In this document: positions 42,566 through 58,400 of the stretch, in pieces
Numbering within the stretch: the stretch's first letter is position 1
Layout: the number at the start of each line of letters is the position of its first letter
DNA from: Trichoplax sp. H2
Lineage: Eukaryota
DNA: 64,000 nucleotides
Assembly: GCA_003344405.1 (NCBI GenBank)
Contig: NOWV01000023.1
Span: forward strand, 434,001-498,000
Reading direction: 5' to 3'
Made by a program: the position numbers and the translations under genes
Notes under the pieces: generated by a model
Databases searched by the model: none
Seen by the model: the letters and a program-made list of their open reading frames with translations, nothing else
Told to the model about the DNA's origin: nothing

Positions 42566-45500
42566 GTAGTATTACGAGATGGACATAATTTATGGAATAT
42601 GGTTATTTATTTACTGTATGTACAATTTTACAACAAGAGAGATAGAGCTGCGGATTATTTGTCTTGCTTGACAAATATGATTTAGTTTTTTTTTTAAATA
42701 GTTATCTAGATTTAGTGATAGATAAGTGAAAGTATGCGATACATATATTAAAAGTACGTGATGTCGGGCAACGACCTTTGCGTACCGGTATGTTCACAAG
42801 ATATACATAATATACCGTAATTAAATGTTGTAACCGAAACAATCCCTTATGATATCAGTTCGTACGTAATGTGTTTGGAACAGATTTGGAAAAATTTGAA
42901 TTAATTGCAATTTTCTTACTGCCCACAATCTGTGCTTTTCGATTTCGATAATTGTTGATGCCACGATTGATTCTACAATAATAATTAGTATCATCTTTTC
43001 ATTTTAATCCTGATAAGGTGAACCTTAACTGTGATTAATTCTGGTCGTCTTATTTAGATAGTAATTTAAATATCCGATAGTAGGTCTTACTGGAAAGCTA
43101 CTACCGCAGATATCAATGTAGTATTTATAATTGGATTACTTTTAAACTCCTAAAGTATGCAATGGAGTTAAATTGATCATATTACAGGTTTCTGTAACTA
43201 ATTTTATTGACTTTGTATAACAAAATAGATTTTTACTATATAATAGTATTATTATATTCGTAGCAGGTCAATAAATACAGTAAGTGTATAAGTTCAGGCT
43301 GAGATTCTGTAACCACTTATTGATTAATGAATGCTATGATAAGTTTGCTAATTGCTCTAATAAAAATTTACTAATTCTCGCAACTATTTCAATTTGATTA
43401 AATCCTATTTCATGAATGGAGAAATCAGTTTTTGAAAGGTATTATAATCTATCTCTTTAATTAATTGTCACTTATGCCAAGCTTATCAAATATCGAAGAG
43501 ATACAAAGATTACTGATAGATTGAAAGATTGAATTAGATGTATTTAGAATGCAATACAATTTATGACTATGAAGTTACGGAATTCTAGCATCAAATCCAC
43601 CTAAACTTTCTCATCAGTAAAAAAATAAACTACTTTACTTCAATATCAATATAGTAATTAACTTATTATTTTAGATGTTATTCGCATACAGGATTCCGTC
43701 CATTGATTCCACTTTGGGAAAATTAATAAGGATAATTACTTTAATTAAAAAAAGTGTTAGAATTAACAATAGGCTTGATACTTGAATAATATTGTGGGAA
43801 TGACTTTTATTCAATGGCTTGATTGCAATTGTTAATAAACTAACAATGGATTGTCGGTTGAACTTTTTTGCATAGAGAAATAAAATGCATGGATTGAAGT
43901 AGATTTACCATACATAAAATATAGTTTTGCTTTAGTGGCCCTTAGCAAGAGGTAACAGATTTTCTTCAATCTACTTACTGCTTGTATTTATAACTTCATG
44001 CGTTACGATGAGGACATCGGTGATTTGGCTGTTATGTCCATATGAATCTTAGTCCAGCATTTATGCCAGCGCGTAAACATGTCTAATCTTAAAAGGATAT
44101 ACAAGAGATAGTTGAATATAGTTATCGAAAATAATTGAAATGTACACAAGCTTCAGACAGTTAAGACGCAAAACTCATTAGCACCTATTATAACATGACG
44201 ACAAACGCCGTCAAAACAGATTCAACTCGTCCGTTTGTTTGCTGAAGCAATTATATTGGTACTATCGGTGCCCCTGTGATCGATATAAAGGGCTATCATT
44301 TGGACTGAAATAATGTATTACTTACAGCATTTAATGTATGAGACTGCCGCCATCAAATTTTAATTATTTGCTTACCCTGATTAATTTGCTATTGTTGGTT
44401 AAAATTTCTGTAATGCTAAGAGCACTGTAGTTTGATCGCTTCTATTATCACTAATATGTTGGTTACATCATAAAAGTCATATATTGATATTGTTAATTAT
44501 TAATTTGATGATTGCCTTGATTTTTTAATACGAGGAGGAGATAAATCTTAACAGTAGAATATACTAACGTATAGTACTTGGATTTCTAACTGATGAAAAG
44601 AGAATTCCTGATCGCATAAAATGATATCGTTAGGACACGTCTAAATTACACTGGCAATCAGGACGCTACTCCATTTTACGCGTGTGTTGTTTTTCTTCTA
44701 CTGCAATCAACAAAGGTATCCTCATGAATGCCAGTATCTACTATAAGTACCATCTTTATTCGTTGACAGGTTCGTTAGGCTATGTTATGACATATTTTAT
44801 CGTCTATGACAATCGTTTACTTGATCTTTCACGATAATTGTCACAACGATGAAATAGTTACCCCTTGTTGATGGCTATAAGTTGAAATGCAACATTGAAT
44901 TATTATAACAATAAAAAGATCAAGTGATTTCAATTACATTTAGACATTACTTTAATATTTTGTATTGTAATGATTAAATAATTGTTTTTTATTAAAATCG
45001 TTCTTATTTACGGACAATAGTCTTTCATTTAGCATTGATATTGTATAGGTTAATAGTTATGTTGATAATCTATGATGGCCTTTGATATTCCCTTTTATTA
45101 CATCACCTGTCATCGTCATCAAGGTTTTAGACCACATTATGACATTTTCAAGGACGCACTTCTTAAATGTTGAATATAACAGTTTAACTTTGATTATTCT
45201 GTTGGTATCAAATTTTTTTCAATGAAAAAAGTGTAATGGAAACAGTAGAAAATACTCTAAGGACATTGACGGCAATCTTGACAAAATTATCCCGGTCCAG
45301 TTGTCAAGGTTCTAGTAAATGTCTTGCTTATTAAGCATGGATATTGAAAAGTCGAATAAGAAATAGAGTCTAAAGCTATTAGAGATTTAGAGATACTGCA
45401 AGTTTATTACGGAAAGTACTAGCTAACTAGAAATTGTTACACTTTCTAGTAAATCAAATTACATTATTTGAACTACGGTAGATACAGTCCTATAGTAGGA

Positions 45501-48500
45501 CAAGAAAATATAAATATTACTAAGTACCTAGTAAAGACGACTCTATTTTATCGTATTTAATTTTCATGAACTGTAAGTACAGTCATGCCATAATTTGAAT
45601 TTATAAAATTAGTATCAGTAATGGAATTATATTAGAACTGCAATAACTGGACCTGAATTGCTATTGATTTTACGTGATTACCCTTGCTTATTACGGAAAA
45701 TATGATTGAATTAAAAATTCGACTCATAATATCCTAATATTTGCCTTATTTGCGAGAAATAGTGCAATCTTTACTGATATTTAAAAATGGCATATTATTA
45801 ATTTAATGCTCGCTATAAGATGTAAAGTGTGGACTATGAATTATATGGGTAAATAATTTAACTTTTTAGATACACAGCATATCTAAAGTTCACTCTTAAG
45901 ACAAGCTCTTACAGAAGCTATTATATTTAGCTTTTATTAATGCATGGCTTAGTTTTATTGTTATTTAAATTGATATTTATACTGTTTAATTAGTTTAAAT
46001 GCCTTGAGCAAGTTAGCCGACATCTTTCATGATTATGCCTGAAGGAGTTTATTATCAGGCAAAGTAATAGCGAATAAAAGCTATGTGATTGTTGCATAAA
46101 AATCACGGTTGAAATCGATGAGAAAGTTACAAGTTTAGTAGAAGTATTTAAAAAAGTAGTATATTGAAAGGTAATTTACGGAAGGAAAGTAGAAAAATTA
46201 ATTTAATTTTGCGTTCAAATCCATCAATCATCGTGATTCAGTACAGTTGTTTACAAAAATTTTCTACAAATTAAATAATCTTCCAGATTACCTCTTAATC
46301 ATGATTGCATGAGGCATTCTAGTACTAGTATTTGTTCGAAGCGAACAATGATAATTTTGTTACAGTTAATTAACAATATCATAAAATTACGAAAAGCAAT
46401 TGAGGTTGAAAAATATGCCTGCAAGGCCTTTCACCAGTAATTAATTTTCTAGCAACCGCTCTTTTTAATTTAATTGTTCATATTACGTAATATTGTTTAA
46501 GGTCCAGCTTAACAATTACAATTATATCATTTAAATCAGACATATTATCTTTATAATTTTAATCGCGAATATGAAGTTGCTATTTTAGCGTATACACAAG
46601 AAGAAAAAAACCCTGCTAAAATGTTGTGATTGGTTTTATCAAGTGAGCTCTTTTGATTTTTTATTTGGAAGGAATTGGTACAGCCATCTTGATAAAGTAG
46701 TTTATGAAGTGGTTTAACAAATATGCTCTTGACTTCATTACGTTAGTTCATTGTTCAAAGGCACTAATGAAGTAGAAATGAGTAAAAACCGTATGATTTC
46801 CCATTAATAACAATTGGTGCAATCTTACATTGTGAACGAATATGTTGGCCATTATAATGATAATGTCAGCAGATCAAATTGTTACGTAACAATTAATATA
46901 AGGCGATTTTTTTCTCAAGTAGTTTTTCTTGTTTTTAGAAAGGATAAAAGTATTTTGATCACTGTGGTAACAGATCAAATGTTACAAACTAGTAAAATTT
47001 CTTTTCATCTACTTACAGCTGCTAGTATTAGTACTGTACTAATTATAATTATATTTTATTATAGTTACATGACATGATAGTAAAATTACACAGAAAACTG
47101 CAGTAACCTTCTTTCCTACCTATTTTCATAGAAACCATGGAGCTTACTTATTTGTTTGACGTGAATGAACATAGATGTAGTTAATGACTGTTACGTTCTC
47201 ATTCATGCTTATGTCTTCAAATGCTTTCTAATCATTTTGTCAATGATAATAGGACTTTAAATTTTACCTTCTGATTAATTTGAAGATCAATCGTTAATCA
47301 TTTTGCATTAAATAACTAAGATTAATTACTACTAATAAAAATATCAAGATGAGAATAAAATTGCCCTTGAGTGATATGTTCTCGTAACTCTGATCCTTCA
47401 AGATTAATGGATATTATAATTTGTTGAACTTAAATTCTTTCTTAAAGCTTATGACCTGCCATAACGCTGATATAGCAATAACGAAGTCAGTTAATTTGTC
47501 TTACCTTACTCAATTTACTCTTTGTCTTACAATACTCCGTATACCAATAAAAGAATAAATGACATTTCGAACAAAAACTGTTTATAATAACGTATTGATC
47601 TCTAACAGCTGTAATTTGTAACAATAAGTTATACCAGTCATTATACTTTCAGTAGTTCTTCATTCAATTGCATTGACCGGCGCTTAAATTATCTTAAATG
47701 ACATTGCCTAGTAGAAATAAGATAGATTGACGGCTTTGATGATATTTCTTGTATTCGAATTAAGAACTTAATTAACGTCAAAGTTGGTTAAGTTTGCACA
47801 TTACAGTATACAGCTACTGCCCTACAATCTATCTAATATGTACATAAATCCTTCAGGTTAGCAACGAAAATATTCATATTTAGGATGATTCTACCGCCTG
47901 TTTGTAATAGGATGAGTATACTTTTACAACACGATTTCAATTGTATCCATAGTCGGTGTAATTAGAAACTTTGCATTTACTTTAGCAGGTAAAGCACAGT
48001 AACACTGTCGCTATATATCATGACATGGGATGTCTAAGAGACATTTAAAGATTCCGTAGTTTCTTTCAAGTAGCATAGTATGTATTTGCATACTCCTATA
48101 TCATATAATATGTAGACATATCTAGTACTAATATAGCGCAAATGGTTTATACTGCCTTTATTGTAAGACCACGAAATGAATTTTTAGCCCATCGATTTCC
48201 ATATAGATGGGTCATAGCCGTAAAATTAACTAATGTTTACCTGCTGATAGTTGAATTCTTAGAACATGATAATTACTATTTTAAATTCTCCTCCGCCTTA
48301 CATTTTGTATACAGATTTGATTGCAAAGAGTTACGTTATTATTTAATTATAGTACAAACTGTAGGCTATGGGAATGAATGACTAGAAATGAACTATAAAG
48401 TGTGATTAAAATGTCCATTCTCATAATCGGTTACTTTCGTTTAAAGAAAAACTTGGTTTTACTGAGAATAGGAAAGTTCATAATACCGTAGAGATTTCAT

Positions 48501-51500
48501 GGATACTTTCTATGAAGCTGTTAGATAAGTTATTGTTGTCAACACGTTATTTAGAAATATTTTTGATGTAACTTAAAAATAATACCAAATCTAGGACTGT
48601 TAACAATAATAGTTATATATGAGTAATGTTCAAGATCTTTCAAGTATATTGATTTCAGTTTTGTAGAATGTAATACTAATCATAGAATTTTGTTTTCATA
48701 CTAATTTCTGTAAGCGTTATACGATCTTACTCGCAATCTTTATATTATAAACAAATTAGATAACGTATTTAACCAGCTACATTTTTCTGTAGTTAAATAT
48801 TCTTAGCTCTTCTATTCTAAGATCTACTGTTGCAAGAATTTTTCTTTGTCTGTTAGAGCTTGTTGTACTATTGCTTAGTATCTCAATCGTTCGGGAATCA
48901 GTACCGTGATAAAATCGATTATTATAAAATACTTTGTTGTTATCTATAAATTGAATAGAGTTAGTAGGACAGGTTTAGTTACAATTCTATTCTGGTTAAG
49001 TTCTTATTATCGTGGTGACTTCCGTCTCCGGTTTACTCTGTACAAATTCGTCATCTAGACTGTCGCTAAGTAAGAATATATTCTGCTTAATTGCGGCTTC
49101 ATACATAAATATCATTACACATTTAATACACTTAGAAGGCGGCTATTTTAAGTTCATTTTATCTACGAATTTTTCAAATCTTTTTCCTTTATCTATTCCT
49201 ATCCTTGAAACAAATGAGATCTATAGTCCTAATACTATATGTGTTCCAGTTCCTTAATCTACGATATTTGATGCCCTAGGTTAAGAATTTCATAAGAAAA
49301 TAGAAATATTACAAATGCCTTAGCGAATTATACTCAATTAAATAAGTTAGTCCTACGAGTACAGCACCTGATCCGCTCCGGAACTCGAATTGATCTGCTG
49401 ACTAAGAGACAAAAGGCTGTTATGAAATAAATAAACTAATTTGATTCAATACTAGTATTCTAGATCAAGATGACCTGACTTTAATTGCTTCTGACGAATT
49501 TACTCTTGTATTAAGATAGCAAGGACTTGATATCTTAATCTTGCCTTCAGTAATGAATTATCTTATGAATGTAAGCAAAAGTCAGATGATTTTATGAAAT
49601 TGAATGGCTAGCGCGTATGTGTTTATTTTGTCGGTTAAAAAGTAATTTTTGCCACTTAATACTTCATTCGACATGTTGTCTAATATTTGCTAATGTAGAG
49701 TTAATGTTTGGCTCTATATTTGCTGTATTACATAAAACTTAGCAATGCAAACAAGCTCATTAATTACTATTTAAACATAATCTAATTGTATCAAGCTTTA
49801 AGCTTAAGTATTAGAGTGATATTGTTGAGCCCGGAAATAAGTTCGGAAATGGGATTCTGCACATGACACTAGTAACAGTTTATTGAAGCAACTGTAATAG
49901 CATCGACAGTATCGAACACAAGAATATCAGCCAGGCATTACATTTGCAACGTATAGAACATGTTACATTCTGGTGTACGGATAAGTATAGAACTTGATAA
50001 ACCGTCTATATGGATCAGAACACCTTTATTAAGCATGTAGATATACTATATAATTGCGAAAGGATAGATACTTTGTAGATGTAATTTTTGGCCTGATTCT
50101 CGGTAATTTACGAGTAACATCTAGAGTTGCCGTCCTACAAAATTGCTATATAATTCCTTAGAAAACTATTGACAGTTCTCGACAGTGAGAAAATTAAAAA
50201 TTTATAGATATCTATCAAAACTCAGTAGTTGGAACAAGAAAAATACAAGTCAATTTAAGACACAAAGTCAAGTTTTGAACTAAAGTCGTTAATAACAGTT
50301 ATCTTTATTTTAAGAGATATTCTGGTTATATAGAAAACGTCTATACGTAAACATGTTATTATTGCTATCTCTATCTTTTAATTTAGTGTTCATCATCCTA
50401 GTAAATATGTAGACGGATTTTCCTACGTTATTCCACTGTTTCTTAGACTCTTGTCTAGAACAACGTTCGGCAACTATAGCATTAAACATATAACCATAAA
50501 CTTAATATCAAAATTCTCTAAAAATAGTTTTACTAAATTTAGTATCAGTAAGGTATCGGTATATCATCAAATGCATAAGGATCTTCTAAAAACATAAATG
50601 TCCTATTTTAAGACCTATTTTTACTTAAGTATATTATGATATCCAAAATTATAAAATTTATACTTAACAATACTAAGGGTATTGTAGCAATTTCATATAA
50701 ATTTTCTACGATTTGTGATACTGCATTTTTAGATGCAAGAGTTTGGTTTACATATAATGCAATGAAAAGCTGTAAATAATTTTAGATTCGCTTCGTTATT
50801 GCAATAACGCTTCCACATTAAGGTATATTTTTGGCGTATTTTTTAAAGGTATTTCCTGTTCGGTCCAAGCGAATTACTAAAAGAATTTGATGCCCTAATT
50901 TTTCATGCTTAGATTAATGAAACGCTTATTTGCCGCTATTTATTTTTTATTTCTATTACATAATGGCGTGCAATAACCAAGATTAAATTGACCTCTCAAA
51001 TGTTGTTTAGTAAAGTCATTAATATTACGTACGGTGCTTTACATAAAGTATAGTCGTTGGAAGAGTGCATTAGCACCAATTAATTTCTAGAAATAAAATT
51101 CTGAATTAAAACTGATAAATTTTCTATGCCGGTAACTATAGCTTAGAAATTAATGGATACAATTCCAGTCATTTTTAATTTCTTTACTTACATTAATGCT
51201 AAGATTGGAAATAAAATACTATTAAGCTGTCGATATCTAAATTATAAATCAATAACATTATCATCAAGTGATTAGAACTTTCATGTTCGAGAATTATTGC
51301 TTAGAGCTCGAATAAACCTTATTAACACCCAAGATTCCAAATTGTACTTTGATAGGTTTAAAAAGATTATCACCTTTATTTTCTGATAGAGTAAATTTTA
51401 AGATGAAGAGTTAAGCTATCACCTTAGTTGGTTTCAGTAGATATTTCATAATCCTTTATAACGCTGCATTGTATATTAGATCATGATTATCATATTCATC

Positions 51501-53660
51501 TATAACATATTAAAGTAATTCTATGTTCAAATATTAATAAAAGCTGTACATCACATCTCTATCGTTACGAGATTCTCTTAATCATCTAAAAGTATCATTA
51601 AGTATGATTTGTTACTAATCTATTGTACCACTATTAATTTCTCTATAGTGATAATTTAATCATCTATATCCTGCTGAATAAGTAATGAAAAAAATTCAAT
51701 AACCAGGTGTGCATTTAGTATTAAAGAATTATTATTTAAATCTTTAATGATCAGATGAGAAATTTAAATATCAACAAATGAACCCTTGTCAGCTAGATCA
51801 AAGAACATTACTCGAATAGAGTATCTATAATACTTAGATATGGATTAATAAGATGAACATATGATTTGGCCACTTACGATATAATTCGGGTTTTAGAAAG
51901 AGGTAATTGTTAATGTTAAAGTAATGAAGACCGTGATCTGTTTATTGCAACAAAATAATCGACGAATCTTATAATCTTAATTCCTTATCACGATTTCGCT
52001 ATATAAATATATTTAAAGGAAATGACATGAATTTTTGATTATTATGGAAGTTGAATCAGTCTATATGCATTTAGGTTAAAATCATTGCACACATTGATAT
52101 ACTTAAAATAAAATATAGGGCGTCTCTTTTGACAGTGCTGCTACTAAGTTTGATAGCATATATGGTCTACAACTTTACATATCACTTTACGAATATAATA
52201 GAATTATTAAGTTAAAATTAATTATAAAGTTCAATAAATTGATTAGGCACAATCTATTATATTAAATTAGAAGTAAATACCTTAATGAAATTAATACAAT
52301 CTGCGGAGATATTGATAGCAATTTATGCAGTGGATTCAACTTGATTAAAAAAGCAATAACTTCCTCAGTTAATATAATTACGTAATGAAGATCTTATTTG
52401 TCTGAATAGTAAAATACTGATATTCCATATTATAGATACCTGCAATGCAATCCTTCAGAATTTATCTAAAGTACATCATATCGATATCTACTTTTACAAA
52501 ATAAGGAAGTACCTAACTATCTCAGAAATGAGCAATACTTTCCGATGATTTGCAATCACATCCTTCAGTAACAAGCGCAATATTATTACGAAATAACATT
52601 TGAAAATTATATTTCACAGTCAAGGAGGCGCGTAGATTCGAGATAGGCTTTTTGCAACAACAATTTAAATTCCCTATTTCCATTGCTTTTATTAAAGGTT
52701 TATCAACAACTTAATCGTTTTATTTGCTAGCCGTAAATTACATGCACATATGTTATCAACGGAAGCCATATTACTATACCTAATTGAAATTAAGGTATTA
52801 AATTGTATTAAAATTTCTCTGAAATATCAACAATTCAAGAGAGTACTTTAGAATGCAATTATTTTTCGAGATCATTCAACTTCATCAAGAAGATACTAAC
52901 TTCATATATTTGATGTTGGATATGTTGATAAAAGCGGCTTCTTTCACTTTTACGTTGATTAAAATTCTTTGTAGGCCACCTTTTTACAGTCGTTATACAA
53001 CTAGAAAGCTTCGCTTCTAAGCATATTAATTTTTAGTAAATTTTAGGAGAGAAGTAAGAACTTCCTGTATTTCTGTGGTATCTACTCTTATTCCTAAAGC
53101 TTTGTCAGTAGCATGTTATCATCGTAAGTGTTTACATCATCGTTGTTTCCGATTGCTATTAAGACAAATTCATTCGATGTTTCTATCATAAGTATTTGTT
53201 TAGGTGACAAGGTTCGCGTATCTACGATTTTGCCAATTAATTAATAGTGATTCAGAGATCATCTTGGCAATATCTTACGACCTATAAAGAGAATGTCACA
53301 ATAATGACCTTAGGCAACGGATACAATAAAAGACTACAAATAATATTTCCGCCGTCGATAGATCTTATGATTAGTGACATTCATACTCCGACAAAATTTC
53401 TGTAATTAGCCATATTTAAGTATTTCCTGTACTTTGGAACAAAATTTTAATTATTATAGACAGACATAATGAATAAAAATAAATTTTTTAAATGCAAGAT
53501 TGAGGTCTGTTAGGAAACTGCTTGAATATAGATCTGTATATACGACAAATGACCGGATTAACTCAATTTTTATGTATTAAGCAGGAATAACCGTAATAGA
53601 TGAAATTAGTAATGCCATAGGCTATATATATACAGTATACACAAAGTCAGCGAATGATAC

Positions 53661-53775
53661 ATAATTGGGTGAAGTTTTTTTATCTCTTTAATCCACGCTT
53701 TGCACTCTTTTACTGAGTGCAATTTTAGGATCACTCCTGCTGTCGAAAATTTTCTTTTAAGTGTAGCAATCTCAT
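53661..53775 (-). other. Candidate coding exon with PH-domain-like C-terminal helix
   Basis: AG/GT-bounded open segment (D)EIATLKRKFSTAGVILKLHSVKECKAWIKEIKKLHPI; pattern resembles the last strand plus S-x-x-E-x-x-x-W-I-x-x-I helix of PH domains. Confidence 0.35.
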
Positions 53776-55404
53776 CTATAATTGTTCTCATTGCGTTTAG
53801 CGTAATATTTATGACTTTGATATTGACTTATTTTATTCTTGAACCCAATGCTATTGTTGTCTCCATTTTAATTTGATTCAGTTTAATGCAGTAATGAATT
53901 TCAGGACTTTTTACTATATATGCATTAGCGTCATTACTAGTATCCGTAATAATTCTTTTACAAGCTTTAAATTTTTACGTTAGTACCTACTGCTTAGAGG
54001 GACAGAGTAAAATAATTGATCAATATTTCAATAATGGCATTACTTGTGCCACAGCTGTTGAATAACAATTGATTTAGCTGATGTACTGATGAGAATCTAT
54101 TTAGCTGATAGGATAATATAGTAATACAATAATCCATTAAATAATAATAGATATAGAATTAATTAGGTCAACATCGACGAAGAGGTTAGCAAATGGTTAA
54201 TCGCAGATAAACAGATTATAATTAATAGAATGTCGATTTGATAATGGCTTGTATCATAAGATAATTGATAATAATATTTTAATTGTCTTAAAATTTCATA
54301 TACTTTTCATAGAGGATGACACTAATCATGTTTAATCCAATGGGAAATTGATTATTTTTTCACGTGTTTACAAATAGAATCGCTGTGGCTCTGTTTTACT
54401 TATAATGGCTATAATATGATCTATTTTGTATATTGATATCTCTTATCCAAATATATTTTATATTCTTTCATTTCTAAACATATTTTGGTAATAATAGAGG
54501 TAAAAAAATTAAAATAGCACTTTTGTCCATTAAAGTGAATAAAAGGTCTTAGCAGATACAGCCTAATATTGTCTGAAGACTAATTGGAAAGGCAGCAGAC
54601 GAAGAAATCTTGTGAGTACAGAAAAAGTGACAAATTTAAATTCAGCTTGACTTCGTTCAAGCATTATTGATCCATTTCAATCATCTATATTTATATGTTG
54701 AATATTGTTTGATACTCTTAATTGCACTTATCTCATCTAAATACAACAGGTAAAAAAATTCAAGAGGGAAAACAACCTTTTCTTTTATAAGGCGATTGAT
54801 CTGGTTAGCTATTAAGGTGTAAGGTAAGACCTAACTTATAATCGATATCGCTACAATTTTAACAATAGAAAGTGTTTTAAAGTCTTAGATACTGTAGGTA
54901 GATTTGCAGTAGCCACTTGAATTGATTATTCTGTAACTGAGTAGTCAATTCTATTCAGGTTATTCGAACATTTTGAAATATTCTATAAAATTAAGAGAAT
55001 AAGAAAGATTACCTTAACATCACTCTTTTAAATGATACTGTTGATGCAATTGTTGATTTATCGATTACAGCTGAAGTTCGAAATTTAGCTATCATTTGGT
55101 TTAAAGTTGATTTTATGTGAAACTTGATATATCATTGTGATTTCTTAATTATTGAAAGATATATATCTGTTCTTAAGTAATAGATTTATTAATCTTATCT
55201 TTGATCTAGTAAGTTTGATTGCGAAGTTTCCTTAGATTTTCTTTCTTGATATAATATTTTAACATTATAGGAAGAAAATTTTTTTCGGGTGACAATATCG
55301 TGTTTGAGTATACCATATTGATTTGCTACCATAGCCTGCATTTTAGCTTACGTTAAGCTTAGCCTTATTCTCTTCGTCATCCATTATTGCTGCTATTATC
55401 GATT

Positions 55405-58400
55405 ATGTCTGGTTATCCGAGTAAAATGTCTTCATCATTTAATGTTTGTGGGCTTCTTGGCCGTGATCGATGGGGACTTGCTGGAATGAGTGGACAGGAA
55501 GGAGAGACAAACGGTAATCTTATGCAACAGCAGACGATTCCTTATGGCCATGGCAGCTATACGCCATATTCTTCGTCGACCTCATGTAATCTTCCATTAA
55601 ATTGTGATAATTTATACTTACCTAGTTGGTATCAAGCACAGGATACATCGAGCCAATATCAAGGTATCTACTTTTAATCCGTTCGCTATAATGTGTAATG
55701 TTCTGACAGTAGAGTCTATAGTGGTTTCGTTTTCTTATAATGATTACAAACAATGTCAGTAGGAAAAGGTGACACAAGTGAAATGTTGCAAAATCATTCG
55801 ATGTACAATTCTTTGAAATTGTAATATCGATATATTCCAGTACAGTATTTAAAATAGCAAATGACAAAATCGTGCACTAATTGAATAAAGTGAATAATTG
55901 AGTTAGTTTAGATTGAAGAATGGTTAGCTATACCAGTATATAGATCGAGTAACGGTACAATATTGTTCAACAGATGATAACTTCATAAGGTAAGGAAAAT
56001 TAATTAATTATCTTTAATCTTCATATGGTAATTGATGAGATCGTTTCGCCGAATATATAAGCGTAAGAAACGAAGTAGACGTAGGACTAAGCAGATGATC
56101 ATTGATATGCATATTTTGAATTCTGACACTTGATCAAAGTTTTAATTTTGTTGAGGCTACTCTCAATCATTATACGGGAATAATTTAAGTGGATTAACCT
56201 ATTTCATGTTGATATTTAGTTAAGAGAATAAACTTCATCATCGTTGCTGGGTGTTAAGAGCGACTTGTAATCTATTGAAGTTGTCACTTGTAGTCAATGA
56301 TTGATAAGAAAAAGCTTTTATACAGAGAGTTCAAGTGCAATATGTCGCCAGTTAAGAGAAAAATACTTAATGGAAGGCAATTCTAACATAGTTTAAGATG
56401 TAAAATGAAGGTGGAATTTTATATTTTTAGCAATACTAAAGGAGCCGTACGAAATAATTAGGAATTCATAATTTCAGTAAGGATTATTAGTCCGTCTTAC
56501 GGCTGCGAGCGAATTATAAACTCAATGTTGATGCATCGTAGTCACTGTACATGATATACGAGTATAGCAAATACAGTAATATAATACACCAGAAGAGATG
56601 TTACTTTCTTTTCCTCATTTTTGAAAAATTTTCGCCATTACTCATCGGGAAGTTTAATTGTTTTTTGGTATAAATTCTGAAAGGCTGATAGTATCGGTTG
56701 CGGCTCTTTGAAATTTTAAGAAAAGATAACTAGTTGGAAATTATATTATTTCTAACATACAAAATGTTATTTTTCATTTGGACTTCATGAACAAGTACAG
56801 CAATACTATTTTTTATTTGGACTTCATGAAAAGTACAGTACTTGCTATGAGATTTATTTTCAAGGAGAATACTGCAGGTGATTTGGTATCTTGACCTGAT
56901 TTACTATTAAAACTATACCCCAGTATTTAAAGTCTTTATCCTTGTTCATTCATTCTTTCAACTAGGTTTTATTGCCGTTCATGTTGAACAAATGTTATTG
57001 TTACAATGCAGATCACCGATAAATATCTTTATTCATTGATTTCTTTCCGTGATATGATCCTTTACCGAATAATAACATAAAATAGACAAGTAGTGCACTA
57101 TCTGTAGGGGAGTGTTGCATGAGCATCTCGTTTTATATAAGGTACATATAGCTTGTAAAGCCTAATGATCAAGATATTAGTAAGAAGTAAATTAAGAACA
57201 TGAATAAGGCAGAGATTTTATTTTAGCATATCATACTTTATGATAAATGCATCAATGCTCCTTTAAACCGATAACATCGGTATCATTACCTGCAGACATA
57301 TTTTTGATGGTTTACAGAGTCTATATAAGGCGATAGAGAGATTCGATTGTCAGCATTTTATTGATTAGGGAATTGCTTTGTTTCTTCACTTCGCCGGATG
57401 CTGCTAATCCTGGCAACGGTTCATTAATTTTTTGTTTAGTTATTCATTTAATAATTGGTAGACCCATTTCAGGATTTTAGTCGTTTACGTGATGAATTAA
57501 ATAGAAAGATAATTTGAGCCTATTTAGTTTGAAGACAATAATAGAATTGATTTTGGCACTTTATCACTATTTGTCTAGTGAACTCGCATATTGGCGAATG
57601 GTATATAAAACATACTAACTTACTAAACATCTTAAGTGAAGATTTAATCGATCTTTTCCAAAATGTTTGGTATAATTCATATGTTAAAGTAATTTACTGC
57701 TAAAAGTAATGCTAAATGGCAATAAGTATTAATTGCAATACTGATAAATCATTGAAATATTACAGATGTAGAATTTCCTCCAGGATTTGCTAACATAAGG
57801 GATTACTAGTTGGATTTAAAATTACATTACAAAGGATGATACGGTAGCTAATTTAGGATAAAGTTCCATTATTTTTGTTGTAATGATAGTTTAGCGCTTT
57901 ATAATAATTAATACTGCAAATTAATATTCCGTTGCTGTATTGCTAATTTTCTTTCCCGACGATAATTAATTAGACTCTTGTTACATATTAATTCATAAAT
58001 TAATTTCCTTAAACTTGATTTCATGATTAATATCTGACAATGATCAAAGTGAGAATTGAGTTTAGCAAGACAAAAATTTTACTGTTACCATACTGCTTTT
58101 CCTGCAACTTTATTAATATGATGCTGTAAACAGTCCTTTCCTATAAATTCGATCTTTGTGCTGCATTAATTATTAATATGTTTACTAATTATTGAACAAT
58201 CAGCCAATTGAAAGGTGAGCTATTAACTATGATAAGCTCAATTTGAGCGTCCATTTGCTTGCCTAAAACAATATTGATTTATAATCGCTTTCTTTGTCCT
58301 GGAGCGGATATTTTTTTGTCTAATAACCTAAGTCTATTACGCTAATCAGTCAATTTGGTACATGACTTCCTTTTCTCCTTATTATTGAAACTGCTGTGTT

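Noticed and set aside
55664..55675. Donor GTATCTAC as possible U12-type intron
   Set aside because: Does not match the strict GTATCCTT consensus and no TCCTTAAC branch site was seen near 62126.
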